The notes below the pieces were generated by a model. The model had not been told where the DNA came from, did not search any database, and saw only the letters and a list, made by a program, of their open reading frames with translations. Positions 48,356-58,780 of a DNA stretch of 64,000 nucleotides are shown here, one piece after another (the first letter of the stretch is position 1; every line of letters starts with the position of its first letter). This DNA is from Candidatus Multivoradales bacterium (GTDB lineage Bacteria > Acidobacteriota > Thermoanaerobaculia > Multivoradales > Multivoraceae). The position numbers and the translations under genes were made by a program. The DNA is taken from the NCBI GenBank assembly GCA_965223325.1, contig CBDCWI010000002.1, positions 4,032,001 to 4,096,000 of the forward strand, read 5' to 3'.

Positions 48356-50760
48356 CGCTGGTGCGCGAGGCTTTCCGCTCGCTGCTCCGAACTCCGCTGC
48401 CGACCTTCGTCGTCGTGATTACCTTGGCGATCACGATCGGTTCGACGACCGCCATCTGGACGGTTGCGGACGGTGTCTTGCGGCAGCCGATTGGCTACCA
48501 GGACGAGGATCGACTGGTGGTGGTCTGGGGCTCGACCGACCCTCTAGGCTCCTCGGTTTTCCGCCTGTCTCCGGCCGACTACCGCGACCTGCGTGACGAT
48601 GCGGATTCGTTCAACGGGCAGGTGGCGCTCTACCGGTCGATCGGCTCGACCCTCACGGGCGGCGACCGGCCAGCGCGGGTTGGGACCTTTGCGGTCACCC
48701 CGCGTTTGTTCGAGGTCCTCGATGCCCAACCTTTGTTGGGGCGTTTCTTCAGCTACGAAGACGAGACTCCAGGGAGCAGTAAGAAGCTCGTTCTCACCGA
48801 AGCGTCCTGGCGGCGCCGTTTTGCCGCCGATCCCAACATCGTCGGTAAGACCCTCGAGCTCGACGACGTGACCTACACCGTCGTCGGGGTGACGGCGCCC
48901 GGGTTTCACTTTCCGCCGGGCGACGACGAGGTCGAGATGTACTTTCCGATGGTGCTGGGTGATGCGATCCTGCTCGATCGCGACCATCGAATGTTCGATG
49001 CCGTCGCGCGACTGGCAGACGGGGTAAGCGTCAGTTCCGCGAGCGAGGAGCTGGAAGCGATCGCCGACCGGCTGGCGCGCGAGTACCCCGAGACCAACCA
49101 GGGCTGGTACCTGACGGTTGCCCCCCTTCGCGGCGAGATTCTCGGCGACCTCGCTCCGACCCTGTGGGCGCTTCTCGGTGCCGTGCTGATCGTGCTCCTG
49201 ATCGCCTGCGCCAACATCGCCAACGTGTTGATTGCGCGCGCGGCCCGCTCCGGCGGTGAGTACGCGGTGCGTTCTGCGCTTGGCGCACAGAAAGAGGACC
49301 TTCTCCTGCGGTCACTCGCGGAGAGCACCCTGCTTGGAACGGCAGGCGGCTTTGCCGGCCTGGTAGTTGCCCTCCTCGGCATCGCCGTGCTCGAGGCGAC
49401 GTTGCCGGGAGTACTTGGGCGCTTGACCAACATCGGGGCCTCTCCGGGAACCGCGATCGTGACCGCCTGCCTGGCACTTGGTGCGACGTTGCTTTTTGCA
49501 GCGCTACCCGCGCTGCGCGCCATGCGGCCGGATCTCGCCGGCGTGCTCTCGGCGTCAGGCACCTCACGGAGGGTCGGGACGGGGCGGATTCGCGAGCTCT
49601 TTGTCGTTGCGCAGGTGGCGCTTGCCATCGTGCTGCTGGTCGCTGCGGTCCTGGTGCTGCAGAGCTTCACCCGGCTTGCACGCACCGATCCCGGTTTCGA
49701 TCCCGGGGACGTCACCTCGGTCGTCGTCCAGCTTCCCACCTCGCGCTACAGCAGGGTTGAGTGGAAACCCTTCTTCGAGCGCGTCATCGAAGAGGTCGGC
49801 GAACTGCCGGGGGTGCAAACCGTCGGCGCCGTTTCTGATCTTCCGATGAGCAGTGTTGGGCTGGGCTTCGAGGTCGAGTTCACCGTGCCCGGGCTCGAGG
49901 CTCTTTCACCAACGGCGCGACCCAATGCCGACTTCAGATTCGTCGCTGGCGACTACTTCGAAGCCATGGACATGGCCATCACCAGCGGACGCGCCTTCGA
50001 TACCGGCGACGCTCTCGGTGAGCGCGTGGTGGCGGTGGTCAACGAGACCCTGGCGCGGCGCTACTTTGCCGACCTGGACCCGCTGGGGCGGGTGGTCGAC
50101 ACCGAGATTCTCGGTGAGATCACGGTGGTTGGAATCGTCGACGATGTCTCTCACCGCGGGCTCCTCAACAAACATGAGTCTGAGATCTACGTTCCCTTTG
50201 GCCGACTCGCTACGCGTGAGATGCACGTCGTGGTGGAATCGACCCTCGGAACCGAGGCGGTCGCGGGCGGAGTCTCCGGTGTCCTCAGCTCGATCGACTC
50301 GCAACTCGCGCCGACCCGGGTGGAACCGGTCGCTGACCTGGTCTGGGAGTCGATCGCCCGGCCCAGGTTCCTGGCAGCGCTGCTCGCCTGTTTGTCCCTG
50401 TGCGCTGCAGTCCTGGCGGCGATCGGCATCTACGGCATCGTCTCGTATGCGGTTGCGGTGCGCACCGCCGAGATCGGTTTGCGCATGGCCCTCGGTGCCG
50501 ACGCGCGCGCTACCTTGCGCTGGTTGGTTGCCCGAACGGTGCTGGTCGTTGTAGCAGGGTCGGTGCTGGGAGTGCTCGGTGCGATCGCCTCGTCGCGGTT
50601 TGTTGGCCGGCTGCTGCACGACCTGGCGCCGATCGACCCGTTGGTCTACGCGCTCACTGTTCTTGCGGCGTGCACGATCGCAGCCGCCGCTGCGTCGCTT
50701 CCCGCCCTGCGTGCGGTGAAGATCGACCCGGTCGCGGCGCTGCGCGAAGGGTCGTCCTGA
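48352..50760 (+). CDS. ADOP-type duplicated MacB/FtsX permease
   Basis: LLIACANIANV, YAVRSALGA, VVAQVALAIVLL, EIGLRMALGA, IDPVAALRE. Confidence 0.88.
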   Translation: MTLVREAFRSLLRTPLPTFVVVITLAITIGSTTAIWTVADGVLRQPIGYQDEDRLVVVWGSTDPLGSSVFRLSPADYRDLRDDADSFNGQVALYRSIGSTLTGGDRPARVGTFAVTPRLFEVLDAQPLLGRFFSYEDETPGSSKKLVLTEASWRRRFAADPNIVGKTLELDDVTYTVVGVTAPGFHFPPGDDEVEMYFPMVLGDAILLDRDHRMFDAVARLADGVSVSSASEELEAIADRLAREYPETNQGWYLTVAPLRGEILGDLAPTLWALLGAVLIVLLIACANIANVLIARAARSGGEYAVRSALGAQKEDLLLRSLAESTLLGTAGGFAGLVVALLGIAVLEATLPGVLGRLTNIGASPGTAIVTACLALGATLLFAALPALRAMRPDLAGVLSASGTSRRVGTGRIRELFVVAQVALAIVLLVAAVLVLQSFTRLARTDPGFDPGDVTSVVVQLPTSRYSRVEWKPFFERVIEEVGELPGVQTVGAVSDLPMSSVGLGFEVEFTVPGLEALSPTARPNADFRFVAGDYFEAMDMAITSGRAFDTGDALGERVVAVVNETLARRYFADLDPLGRVVDTEILGEITVVGIVDDVSHRGLLNKHESEIYVPFGRLATREMHVVVESTLGTEAVAGGVSGVLSSIDSQLAPTRVEPVADLVWESIARPRFLAALLACLSLCAAVLAAIGIYGIVSYAVAVRTAEIGLRMALGADARATLRWLVARTVLVVVAGSVLGVLGAIASSRFVGRLLHDLAPIDPLVYALTVLAACTIAAAAASLPALRAVKIDPVAALREGSS

Positions 50761-50769
50761 GCCTACGAG

Positions 50770-51837
50770 CTACTCCAGCAGGTCGAGGACCTCTCCCTCA
50801 GGCTGTCCCAGCTCGTTGGCGACGTGCTTCAAGTAGGCCAGTTCGTTGGGGCCGACAGCGCCGTCTCGGCGTGCCAGCACCACCAGATCGGAGAGCACGT
50901 CGTCGACGACGTCGCCGTGCTCACGGAGCGCCCTCCAGTCGATCTCGAAATGGCTTCCCAGTCGCTTGGCTTCATTGAGGAGCTTCTCACGCAGCTCGTC
51001 GTCGATGGGCGCGGTCTCGATGACCGGCACCAGGAAGGCCAGCTCCTCATCCTTGATCTCGCCGTTCTGCTCCATCATGGTTGCCAAAACCTTGATGCGT
51101 TCGACCAAGATCTCGAGCGGCTCTTCTTCGTGGAAGGCGCTGTCGTCGCTGACTTCCTCCAGCACTGCGGCATCGTCGAAGAACTTCTCGGCGACGCCAC
51201 CGATCTTCTTGGTGCTTTTCTTCGTCCAAACCGACATCAAGAGAGCCCCCCCGACCGGCACGCACCGCACCAGCGACTTCTTGAGGTTCTTGACCGCGAT
51301 GACCTTGGCGTAGCTCTGCGCCTTGGCCTGAAGCTGCTCCGCGCCAGACTCGGTGGCGGCACCAGAGCTGCCCTGCCTCGACACCAGATCCGTGGGGACT
51401 CCCATTGCCTGCAGCGGAATATCGAGTAGCAGGTCACGATTGAGCAGGTCGTCTTTGTCGAAGGAGCCGCCGACGTCGGTAAGCATGGCCAGCTGATTGC
51501 CGGTGACCAGAACCAGCTCGCCGGCACTGGCCAGGAGTCCCAACGGCCCGGGAGCTGCAGATGCTGCGGCTGCGATGAGCATGTTGCGATTGGCGTAGCC
51601 ATCGATCACGGCCTTGACGTCTTTGGGGTCGACGTCTTCGGACTGACGCAGCTTGCGATCTTCGAGGACGGGATCGAGCAGCGCGAAGAACCGGGCGCCT
51701 AGAGATTCGGTGACCTTCTCGATCGAGTCGGAAGGCGAGATCGGGATGGCGGTCTTACCCAGGTCGGCGACGCGCTGAGTGAGCCCCGCTGCTGCGCCCA
51801 GCGAACCTGCCAACTCGGCGCTCACCTTTTTCAACAT
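50770..51837 (-). CDS. Hypothetical protein: EcsC/DUF697-like N-terminus, TerB-like C-terminus
   Basis: Gly/Ala-rich hydrophobic hairpins, VPVGGA; C-terminal LARRDGAVGPNELAYLKHVANELG. Confidence 0.55.
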   Translation of the reverse strand: MLKKVSAELAGSLGAAAGLTQRVADLGKTAIPISPSDSIEKVTESLGARFFALLDPVLEDRKLRQSEDVDPKDVKAVIDGYANRNMLIAAAASAAPGPLGLLASAGELVLVTGNQLAMLTDVGGSFDKDDLLNRDLLLDIPLQAMGVPTDLVSRQGSSGAATESGAEQLQAKAQSYAKVIAVKNLKKSLVRCVPVGGALLMSVWTKKSTKKIGGVAEKFFDDAAVLEEVSDDSAFHEEEPLEILVERIKVLATMMEQNGEIKDEELAFLVPVIETAPIDDELREKLLNEAKRLGSHFEIDWRALREHGDVVDDVLSDLVVLARRDGAVGPNELAYLKHVANELGQPEGEVLDLLE

Positions 51838-51896
51838 TGCCCCACGGTAGCATCCGGTCGCTCTGCGCCTCAATGCCCACTGATAGCTTGGCGGCG

Positions 51897-53189
51897 ATGT
51901 CGTACCTCAATCTGGTTTCGGCCGCCGGCTTTTGTGGGTTGCTGTTGTTGGCCTGGGTGCTGGGCGGTGCCAAGCGGCCGCTGCCCTGGCGAACTCTGGC
52001 AGGTGGAACGATCTCGAGCGTCGTGTTTGCTGCTGTCGTCTTCTTGCTGCCAGCGGCCCGCCAGGCCCTTGTGCTGGTCAACGATGCCGTCCTCATGGTG
52101 TTGACGGCGAGCTCTCGTGGCGCCGAGTTCTTGCTCGGCCCGCTGGCCGTCGGTCCTGGTGCGACGACCACGGCGGGGGAGCCTTCGGTAGGCGTCATTC
52201 TGGCGACGCAGGTGTTGCCGGCGGTTATTTTCTTCTCGGCCGCGATGGCTCTTTTCGACCACTTCGGTTGGATCCAGCCGGTGGTGCGCATGTTCGCGCG
52301 TATCTTTCGTCGCTTGCTGGAGGTCTCGGGCGCCGAAGCACTGGTGGGCGCGCTGCACATGTTCTTCGGTGTCGAAAGTGGCGCGGCGATCCGTTCCTAC
52401 CTACCGAGGATGACGCGCTCCGAGTTGCTGGGAGTTCTCGGCACCAACCTGGCAACGGTGGCGTCGACCGTGCTGGCGATCTACGTGCTTTTTCTGCGCG
52501 ACGTCTTTCCTCAGATTGCCGGGCACCTTCTTTCGGCATCGTTGATGTCGATTCCATGTGCCTTGATGGTGAGCAAGCTGGTTCTACCTGAGACGGATAC
52601 CCCCGAGACCCTGGGGCGGGTTCCAGACATGGTGCTCGGGGAGCAACACCAGAGTGCCTTTGCGGCACTGGCTTCTGGTGCGCTGGCAGGCGTCAGGGTT
52701 GCGGTGGGAATCGGCGCGATTCTCATTGCGGTACTCGGACTTGTCGGTGTCGTCGATGCCCTCCTTGCGAGCCTTGCGGGGGTGACCGGCTTCGAAGCGG
52801 CGGCAAGTCTCGATCGCATTCTGGGTGTCGTGTTCGTTCCCTTTGCGTGGTTGATCGGAATCGAAGCGGCAGATGTCGGTGAGGCGGGCCGACTGCTCGG
52901 GCAGCGCCTGGTGGCCACTGAAATCGTCAGCTACCAGGAACTCGGACAGCGCGTCGCGGCAGGCGAGGTTTCTGGGCGCACTCTGATGGTGCTCTCCTAT
53001 TCCCTCTGCGGTTTTGCCCACATTGCCGGTGTCGGGATCGCTGTCGGCGGGTTCGCCGCACTGGCGCCGACGAGGCTCGAAGATCTGTCCGCACTCGCCC
53101 CGCGATGCCTCGTCGTTGCAACTCTCGCGACCTTGATGACCGGCGCCCTGGCGGGCATCTTCTACGTCGGTCAAGGAGGTCTCTTGTGA
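51897..53189 (+). CDS. Concentrative nucleoside transporter (NupC/CNT), divergent paralog
   Basis: QVLPAVIFFS, HLLSASLMS, PET, LCGFA. Confidence 0.85.
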   Translation: MSYLNLVSAAGFCGLLLLAWVLGGAKRPLPWRTLAGGTISSVVFAAVVFLLPAARQALVLVNDAVLMVLTASSRGAEFLLGPLAVGPGATTTAGEPSVGVILATQVLPAVIFFSAAMALFDHFGWIQPVVRMFARIFRRLLEVSGAEALVGALHMFFGVESGAAIRSYLPRMTRSELLGVLGTNLATVASTVLAIYVLFLRDVFPQIAGHLLSASLMSIPCALMVSKLVLPETDTPETLGRVPDMVLGEQHQSAFAALASGALAGVRVAVGIGAILIAVLGLVGVVDALLASLAGVTGFEAAASLDRILGVVFVPFAWLIGIEAADVGEAGRLLGQRLVATEIVSYQELGQRVAAGEVSGRTLMVLSYSLCGFAHIAGVGIAVGGFAALAPTRLEDLSALAPRCLVVATLATLMTGALAGIFYVGQGGLL

Positions 53190-54043
53190 ACCAGCGAGCG
53201 TCCGCGCCGCTCGCTGCCCGGTTGGCCGAAGCCGAAAGCGTGGTCCGTGAGCACACGACGCTTGCTCCGCAGGTCGCCCTGGTGCTTGGTTCAGGGAGCG
53301 GCGATCTCGCCACGGAACTCACCGACGCGGTGTCCATCGACTACGCAGCGATTCCACACTTTCCAGAGGCCACTGCGCCCTCGCATGCCGGTCGGCTTCA
53401 CCTCGGGTGGCTGGCCGGGAAGACGATCGCCGTCATGGAGGGGCGGCTGCATTTGTACGAAGGGCATACGCCTGCCGACATTGCCTTTCCCGTGCGGCTC
53501 TTGGCCCGCCTGGGTGCCGAGACCCTGATCCTCACCAACGCGGCGGGCGGTCTCAACCCCGGCTACGCGGCTGGCGACGTGATGTTGCTCGAAGACCACC
53601 TCAGCCTGCCGAGCCTTGCCGGGCTCGATCCCTTGCGCGGCCCGAACGAGGCCGACATCGGTCCCCGCTTCGTAGGCTTGAACGGGGCCTACGATCGCGA
53701 GTTGCGGGAGGTCGCCGAGCGTTGCGCTGGGGAGAGTGAACTCACTTGCCACCGGGGTTGCTACGGCTTTGTCGTCGGCCCAGCTTTCGAAACACCCGCC
53801 GAGGTGCGTTTCTTGCGCGGCATCGGTGCCGACGCCGTCGGCATGTCGACCGTTCCCGAGGTGGTGGCAGCTCGTCACTCGGGAATGCGGGTGCTGGCGC
53901 TGAGCATCATTTCGAATCTCGCGGTCGCTGACGTCTCGAGCAGTCATGAGACCAATGTCGAGGAAGTCTGGGACACCCTGTCCCAGATGATGCCCCGATT
54001 GCGCCGGTTTCTCCGAACCCTGCTTCAGAAGCTGCCGGTCTAG
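53186..54043 (+). CDS. punA: Purine nucleoside phosphorylase (trimeric type)
   Basis: VLGSG, GRLHLYEG, TNAAGG, GPAFETPAE, VGMSTVPE. Confidence 0.93.
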   Translation: MNQRASAPLAARLAEAESVVREHTTLAPQVALVLGSGSGDLATELTDAVSIDYAAIPHFPEATAPSHAGRLHLGWLAGKTIAVMEGRLHLYEGHTPADIAFPVRLLARLGAETLILTNAAGGLNPGYAAGDVMLLEDHLSLPSLAGLDPLRGPNEADIGPRFVGLNGAYDRELREVAERCAGESELTCHRGCYGFVVGPAFETPAEVRFLRGIGADAVGMSTVPEVVAARHSGMRVLALSIISNLAVADVSSSHETNVEEVWDTLSQMMPRLRRFLRTLLQKLPV

Positions 54044-54102
54044 CGGCGCTGAGGCCGCCGCGGACCCACCGGCCTCGGGCAGTCCGATATCGTGTCTCCA
54101 AT

Positions 54103-55143
54103 ATGTCATTCCAAGTCGTTCGTGGGGAGGGAGGCAACATTGAGCTTCCCGATTTCCCCAAGGTTCCTCCGGGGGCGCGCCGCTTCGCGTTCCTGCTGCC
54201 GTTACTGGTCTTGGCAGCAGTCGTGGTTTTCGATTCGGTCTACACCGTCCAACCCGAGGAGGTGGGGATCATCCTCCGACTCGGCAAGTACCGTGGTCAA
54301 GAACATGATGCCGGCCCCGGTCTGCACCTCAAAGTTCCGATCATCGATCGGGTAACCAAGGTGCCGGTCGAGCGTCAGCTCAAGGCAGAGTTTGGCTTTC
54401 GCACCGAGAGTGTCGGGGTCCGTTCGACGTTTTCGACCGCCCCCAAGGAAGCCAGCATGCTCACCGGCGATCTCAACGCGGCGATGGTCGAGTGGGTCGT
54501 GCAGTACCGCATTCAGGACGCCTACAAGTACCTCTTCAAGGTGCGCCACGTCGAGGAGACCTTCCGCGACATGAGCGAAGCGGTGATGCGCAAGGTGGTT
54601 GGCGAGCGCACGGTCAACGAAGTTCTCACCGTTGGCCGTGCCGAGATCGAAGACGAGGTGCAGGTCGACCTGCAGGCGCTGTGTGACCAGTACGAGACCG
54701 GCATTCGCGTCGACCAGGTCGTCTTGCAGACGATCAACCCGCCCGACCCGGTCAAGCCGTCATTCAACGAGGTCAACCAGGCCGAGCAGGAGCTCGAGCG
54801 GCTGGTCAACGAAGCGCAGCAGCAGTACAACCGGGTCATTCCCCAGGCACAGGGCCAGGCGCGCCAGGCGATTCAGCAGGCCGAGGGTTACGCCCTCGAT
54901 CGCGTCAATCGCTCCGAGGGCGACGCCAAACGCTTCAACGCTCTCTACGACGAGTACCGAAAGGCCCCCGAAGTCACCCGTACCCGCCTCTACCTCGAGA
55001 CCATGGCGAAGGTGATGGAGGCAGCTGGCCAGAAGGTGGTTGTCGATGAAGACATCGAAGGCCTGGTGCCGATGATGGGCCTCGAAGGTACGCGCAAAGA
55101 AGAAATCGGTAAGGCTGCGGCCGCCGCCCAGGGGAGCAACTAG
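54103..55143 (+). CDS. hflK: FtsH modulator HflK
   Basis: SPFH domain, MLTGDLN, PPDPVKPSFNEV, APEVTRTRLYLETM. Confidence 0.93.
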   Translation: MSFQVVRGEGGNIELPDFPKVPPGARRFAFLLPLLVLAAVVVFDSVYTVQPEEVGIILRLGKYRGQEHDAGPGLHLKVPIIDRVTKVPVERQLKAEFGFRTESVGVRSTFSTAPKEASMLTGDLNAAMVEWVVQYRIQDAYKYLFKVRHVEETFRDMSEAVMRKVVGERTVNEVLTVGRAEIEDEVQVDLQALCDQYETGIRVDQVVLQTINPPDPVKPSFNEVNQAEQELERLVNEAQQQYNRVIPQAQGQARQAIQQAEGYALDRVNRSEGDAKRFNALYDEYRKAPEVTRTRLYLETMAKVMEAAGQKVVVDEDIEGLVPMMGLEGTRKEEIGKAAAAAQGSN

Positions 55144-56130
55144 ATGCGTTTTCTGATCATCGTCGTCATCTTTGGCCTACTCCTCCTGGCGCTGAACTCG
55201 GCGTTCATCGTGCGCGAGACAGAGCAGGTCATCATCACCCAGTTCGGCCAGGTGCAGGGCGACCCGATCGACGAGCCCGGCCTGCATTGGAAGGTGCCCT
55301 TCGTGCAGAAGGTCGTGGCGTTCGACAAGCGCTTCCTCGAGTGGCAGGGCGACGCCGAAGAACTGCCCACGAAAGACAAGGTCTTCATCTTTGTCGACAA
55401 CTACGCCCGCTGGCGTATCGCCGACCCGAAGAAGTTCTTCGAGCGCCTCGGCGACGAGCGCGGCGCGCAGTCCCGACTCGACGACATCATCGACGGCGAA
55501 ACCCGCAACGCGCTGGCCCGTCACAACCTGATCGAGGTCATCCGGTCGACCAATCGGGTGCCGATCGTCGACGAGTCCGTGCAACAGATCGCCGAGAACC
55601 TGGTGAGGACTGACGACCCGGAAAACCCGCGCCACGCCGGTGGTGACGATCGCTGGCTCGAGATCGAGGCGGGGCGCGACCGGATCCGCCAGCAGATTCT
55701 CGATGCCGCCAAGCGGCGCATGGAGGCGGATCTCGGAATCGAGATTCTCGACGTCCAGTTCCGGCGCATCAACTACGGCGAATCCGTCGAGCGCGACGTG
55801 TTCAACCGCATGGTCTCCGAGCGCAAGCGCATCGCCGACCGTTATCGATCGCAGGGGCGCGGTGAACAGGCGCGCATCCTCGGCGACATGGAGCGCGACC
55901 TCAAGAAGATCCAATCGGAGGCCTATCGCGAGGCGGAAGAGATCCGCGGTCGCGCAGACGCCAAGGCGACCGAGGTTTACGCCAGCGCCTACAACCAGTC
56001 CGCCGATTCGCGCAGCTTCTACGAGTTCCTGAAGACGATGGAGACCTTCGAATCGACGGTCGACCCGGAGACCGTTCTGATGCTCTCGACCGAGGGCGAC
56101 TTCTACCGTTACCTGAAGGGAAGCCGCTAG
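55144..56130 (+). CDS. hflC: FtsH modulator HflC
   Basis: IITQFG, PGLHWKVPF, RMVSER, FYEFLKTME. Confidence 0.93.
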   Translation: MRFLIIVVIFGLLLLALNSAFIVRETEQVIITQFGQVQGDPIDEPGLHWKVPFVQKVVAFDKRFLEWQGDAEELPTKDKVFIFVDNYARWRIADPKKFFERLGDERGAQSRLDDIIDGETRNALARHNLIEVIRSTNRVPIVDESVQQIAENLVRTDDPENPRHAGGDDRWLEIEAGRDRIRQQILDAAKRRMEADLGIEILDVQFRRINYGESVERDVFNRMVSERKRIADRYRSQGRGEQARILGDMERDLKKIQSEAYREAEEIRGRADAKATEVYASAYNQSADSRSFYEFLKTMETFESTVDPETVLMLSTEGDFYRYLKGSR

Positions 56131-56156
56131 CCCCCTCCGGGCGGCGGGGTGCCCCC

Positions 56157-57359
56157 ATGGTCGGGATTCTCGGGCTCTTCGTCATCCCGCTCATTGCCTG
56201 GAGTCTCTCCACGGCGCGCGCGAAGGTCGTCTGGCGGACGGTCTTCGTTGGCATGGCGTTCCAGTTCACCTTCGCCCTTCTCATTCTGCGCACCGAGCCG
56301 GGCCGTCGTTTGTTCGAGGCCGCCAACACCGGGGCGACCTGGCTGCTGGGGTTCACCGACGCCGGGTCGAGCTTCATCTTCGGTCCGAACTTTCGCGACC
56401 ACCCGTTTGCGTTCCAGGTTCTGCCGACGATCATCTTCTTCTCGAGCCTGATCTCGGTGCTCTACTACATCGGCTTTTTGCAGTTGGTGGTCAAAGGCTT
56501 CGCCTGGTTGATGATGCGCCTTCTGCGGACCTCGGGTTCGGAGTCACTCTCCGCCTCGGCCAACATCTTCGTTGGCCAGACCGAGGCGCCGCTCCTGGTC
56601 AAGCCCTACGTCAGCACCATGACCCAGTCAGAGTTGATGGCGGTCATGACCGGTGGCTTTGCAACCGTCGCCGGGGGAGTGATGGCGCTCTATATGCAGT
56701 GGGGCATCGAGGCCGGGCACTTGATTGCCGCCAGCGTGATGTCGGCGCCGGCGGCGTTGGTGATGGCCAAGTTGATGGTTCCCGAAACCGAGCACAGCAT
56801 GACGGCCGGCAAAGTCGAGCTCGAAGTCGACCTGCCCTACGTCAACGCCATCGATGCCGCGGCGAGCGGGGCTGCCGACGGTCTCAAGCTGGCGCTCAAC
56901 GTCGGCGCGATGTTGCTCGCCTTCGTAGCCCTGATCGCGATGCTCGACGGCATTCTGGTGCCGATCGGGGAGTGGATCGGCAGGCCGTACCTCAGTCTCA
57001 ACTGGATCCTCGGCTGGCTCTTCCGCCCCCTCGCCTGGGTGATGGGTGTGCCCTGGGCCGAGGCCGACACCGTCGGCACGCTACTTGGGGTCAAGACGGT
57101 TGCCAACGAACTGATCGCCTACGACCAGATGCGCGAACTTGCTCCGGATACTCTTTCTCCGCGTTCGCGGGTGATCGCGATCTACTCGTTGTGCGGCTTT
57201 GCCAACTTCTCCTCGATCGCAATCCAGATCGGTGGCATCGGTGGCATCGCGCCGGAACGCAAGGGTGACATCGCACGCCTCGGTCTTCGCGGCATGGTTG
57301 CCGGCTCGCTGGCTTGCTTTCAGACGGCGACAATCGCGGGTCTGATCGCGCCTCTGTAG
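56157..57359 (+). CDS. nupC: Concentrative nucleoside transporter (canonical NupC)
   Basis: NIFVGQTEAP, GGFATVAG, ANELIAY, LCGFANFSSIAI. Confidence 0.93.
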   Translation: MVGILGLFVIPLIAWSLSTARAKVVWRTVFVGMAFQFTFALLILRTEPGRRLFEAANTGATWLLGFTDAGSSFIFGPNFRDHPFAFQVLPTIIFFSSLISVLYYIGFLQLVVKGFAWLMMRLLRTSGSESLSASANIFVGQTEAPLLVKPYVSTMTQSELMAVMTGGFATVAGGVMALYMQWGIEAGHLIAASVMSAPAALVMAKLMVPETEHSMTAGKVELEVDLPYVNAIDAAASGAADGLKLALNVGAMLLAFVALIAMLDGILVPIGEWIGRPYLSLNWILGWLFRPLAWVMGVPWAEADTVGTLLGVKTVANELIAYDQMRELAPDTLSPRSRVIAIYSLCGFANFSSIAIQIGGIGGIAPERKGDIARLGLRGMVAGSLACFQTATIAGLIAPL

Positions 57360-57389
57360 GTCGTTTCTCGGTGCAGAGTAGAACCGGGA

Positions 57390-58574
57390 CTATCCTGCTC
57401 CGCTGCGAACGGCAGACGTGTTGGCGATCGAGATGTGGCCGCTCTGGTAGAGGCTACGGATCACCAACTGGGCATCGAGCGTGTTCATTGGGCTGATCTT
57501 GATCAGTGACTCGATGTCATAGGACCCGTTGATGCGCGAGAGGGCGAAGCCCTCTTCGGGTGTGAGGTCTAGCGAGGTGAGTTCGTCGACGCTGCGCTCG
57601 AGCACTGGAACAGCATCGAGCGACAGGCCTTCCTCGCCGAGCTTGGTGCGAATGTGAGACTCCGCCTTCTTGAGGTGCTTTTCAACCTTGGTGCAATCCG
57701 GCTCGAGGCTGAGTGCCGCCCGCAGGTGGCGAAGGGCTTTGGCGAAGTTGCCCTGCACCAGATGACGATCGGCGGACTCGATCAGCGCGTCTGAGCTCAC
57801 CACTGCCATCGCCGTTGCCGACCCTGCACCCGGTGCGGAGGCGACGAGCGATCTGCCTTGCGAAGGGGCCGTTCCGCGCGCCCGGACGACCTTGACCAGT
57901 CCTTGCTGTTGGAGGAAGAACAGCGACTGCGAGACGTGAAACTCGCTCGCATGAGCCTGCATGCAGATCTCGCGTACCGTCCTGTCGTCATCGATCAGGG
58001 CGGCGACTTTGGCCACCGAAGGTGGCAGTTCCTCGGCCGGGATGTCGCCGAGCGAGACCGGCACCGCCTCGGCGTTGGGAATCGCTTCCCGGATGCGTTT
58101 CCATTCGTCGAGGCGGTTGATGCCCTGCAGAACGAGCGCTTGTACGTCGAGGGCCATCGGGATGTTGCCCTTGTCGAGCGTCTCGTCGTCGACGAAGCGA
58201 AACTCGCCTTCCTTCCAGAAGAAGACGTCGTAGACGGACTCTTGAGTCTTCATCACCAGGAGGCGCTGCAGCTCTTCATCAGCGATCGCGCCAATGGTGC
58301 TGAGGATCTTTCCCAGCAACATTCCGGTCTCACTCTGGATCTCCATTGCCTTGGCCAGCTCAGGCTCGGTGATGAACCCATGCGAGACGAGGAAATGCCC
58401 CAGGTACTCGCTTGGATCGGTGGAGGCCGAGGCGACAATCTGGCCGCGAACGAAGTAGATGCGCTTGCGCACCGTGCCGTTGTCGATCAGCAGATTGCCG
58501 GTCTTGCCACCCTGAGCGATCCATTGCAGGAGCTCGGAGAGCTCCATGGTCTTGAGGTTGCCGGAAATACTCAT
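57390..58574 (-). CDS. DUF4388 (PATAN-like) domain protein with TPR-like segment
   Basis: ISGNLKTMELSELLQW..KTG, LGHFLV..GFIT, WKEGEFRF, LTPEEGFALSRI. Confidence 0.8.
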   Translation of the reverse strand: MSISGNLKTMELSELLQWIAQGGKTGNLLIDNGTVRKRIYFVRGQIVASASTDPSEYLGHFLVSHGFITEPELAKAMEIQSETGMLLGKILSTIGAIADEELQRLLVMKTQESVYDVFFWKEGEFRFVDDETLDKGNIPMALDVQALVLQGINRLDEWKRIREAIPNAEAVPVSLGDIPAEELPPSVAKVAALIDDDRTVREICMQAHASEFHVSQSLFFLQQQGLVKVVRARGTAPSQGRSLVASAPGAGSATAMAVVSSDALIESADRHLVQGNFAKALRHLRAALSLEPDCTKVEKHLKKAESHIRTKLGEEGLSLDAVPVLERSVDELTSLDLTPEEGFALSRINGSYDIESLIKISPMNTLDAQLVIRSLYQSGHISIANTSAVRSGAG

Positions 58575-58780
58575 TGTTCTGGGAGGTCGGGACGGGTAGT
58601 CCCAACTTCCGAGAATACTATGAATACGGAGTTTTCTAAACCCCGAAGGAGCTTTTTCAGGGTCCGCCCGGTCCTGGGGTCCCGAGGAGCGGCGCCAGGC
58701 TGCCGCTCGTAGGGCCAGGACGGTGGCCCGGCAGGCCCCCGACAGCCCCCCAGAGCCCCGCGCCGACCTCGAGAAACCGC

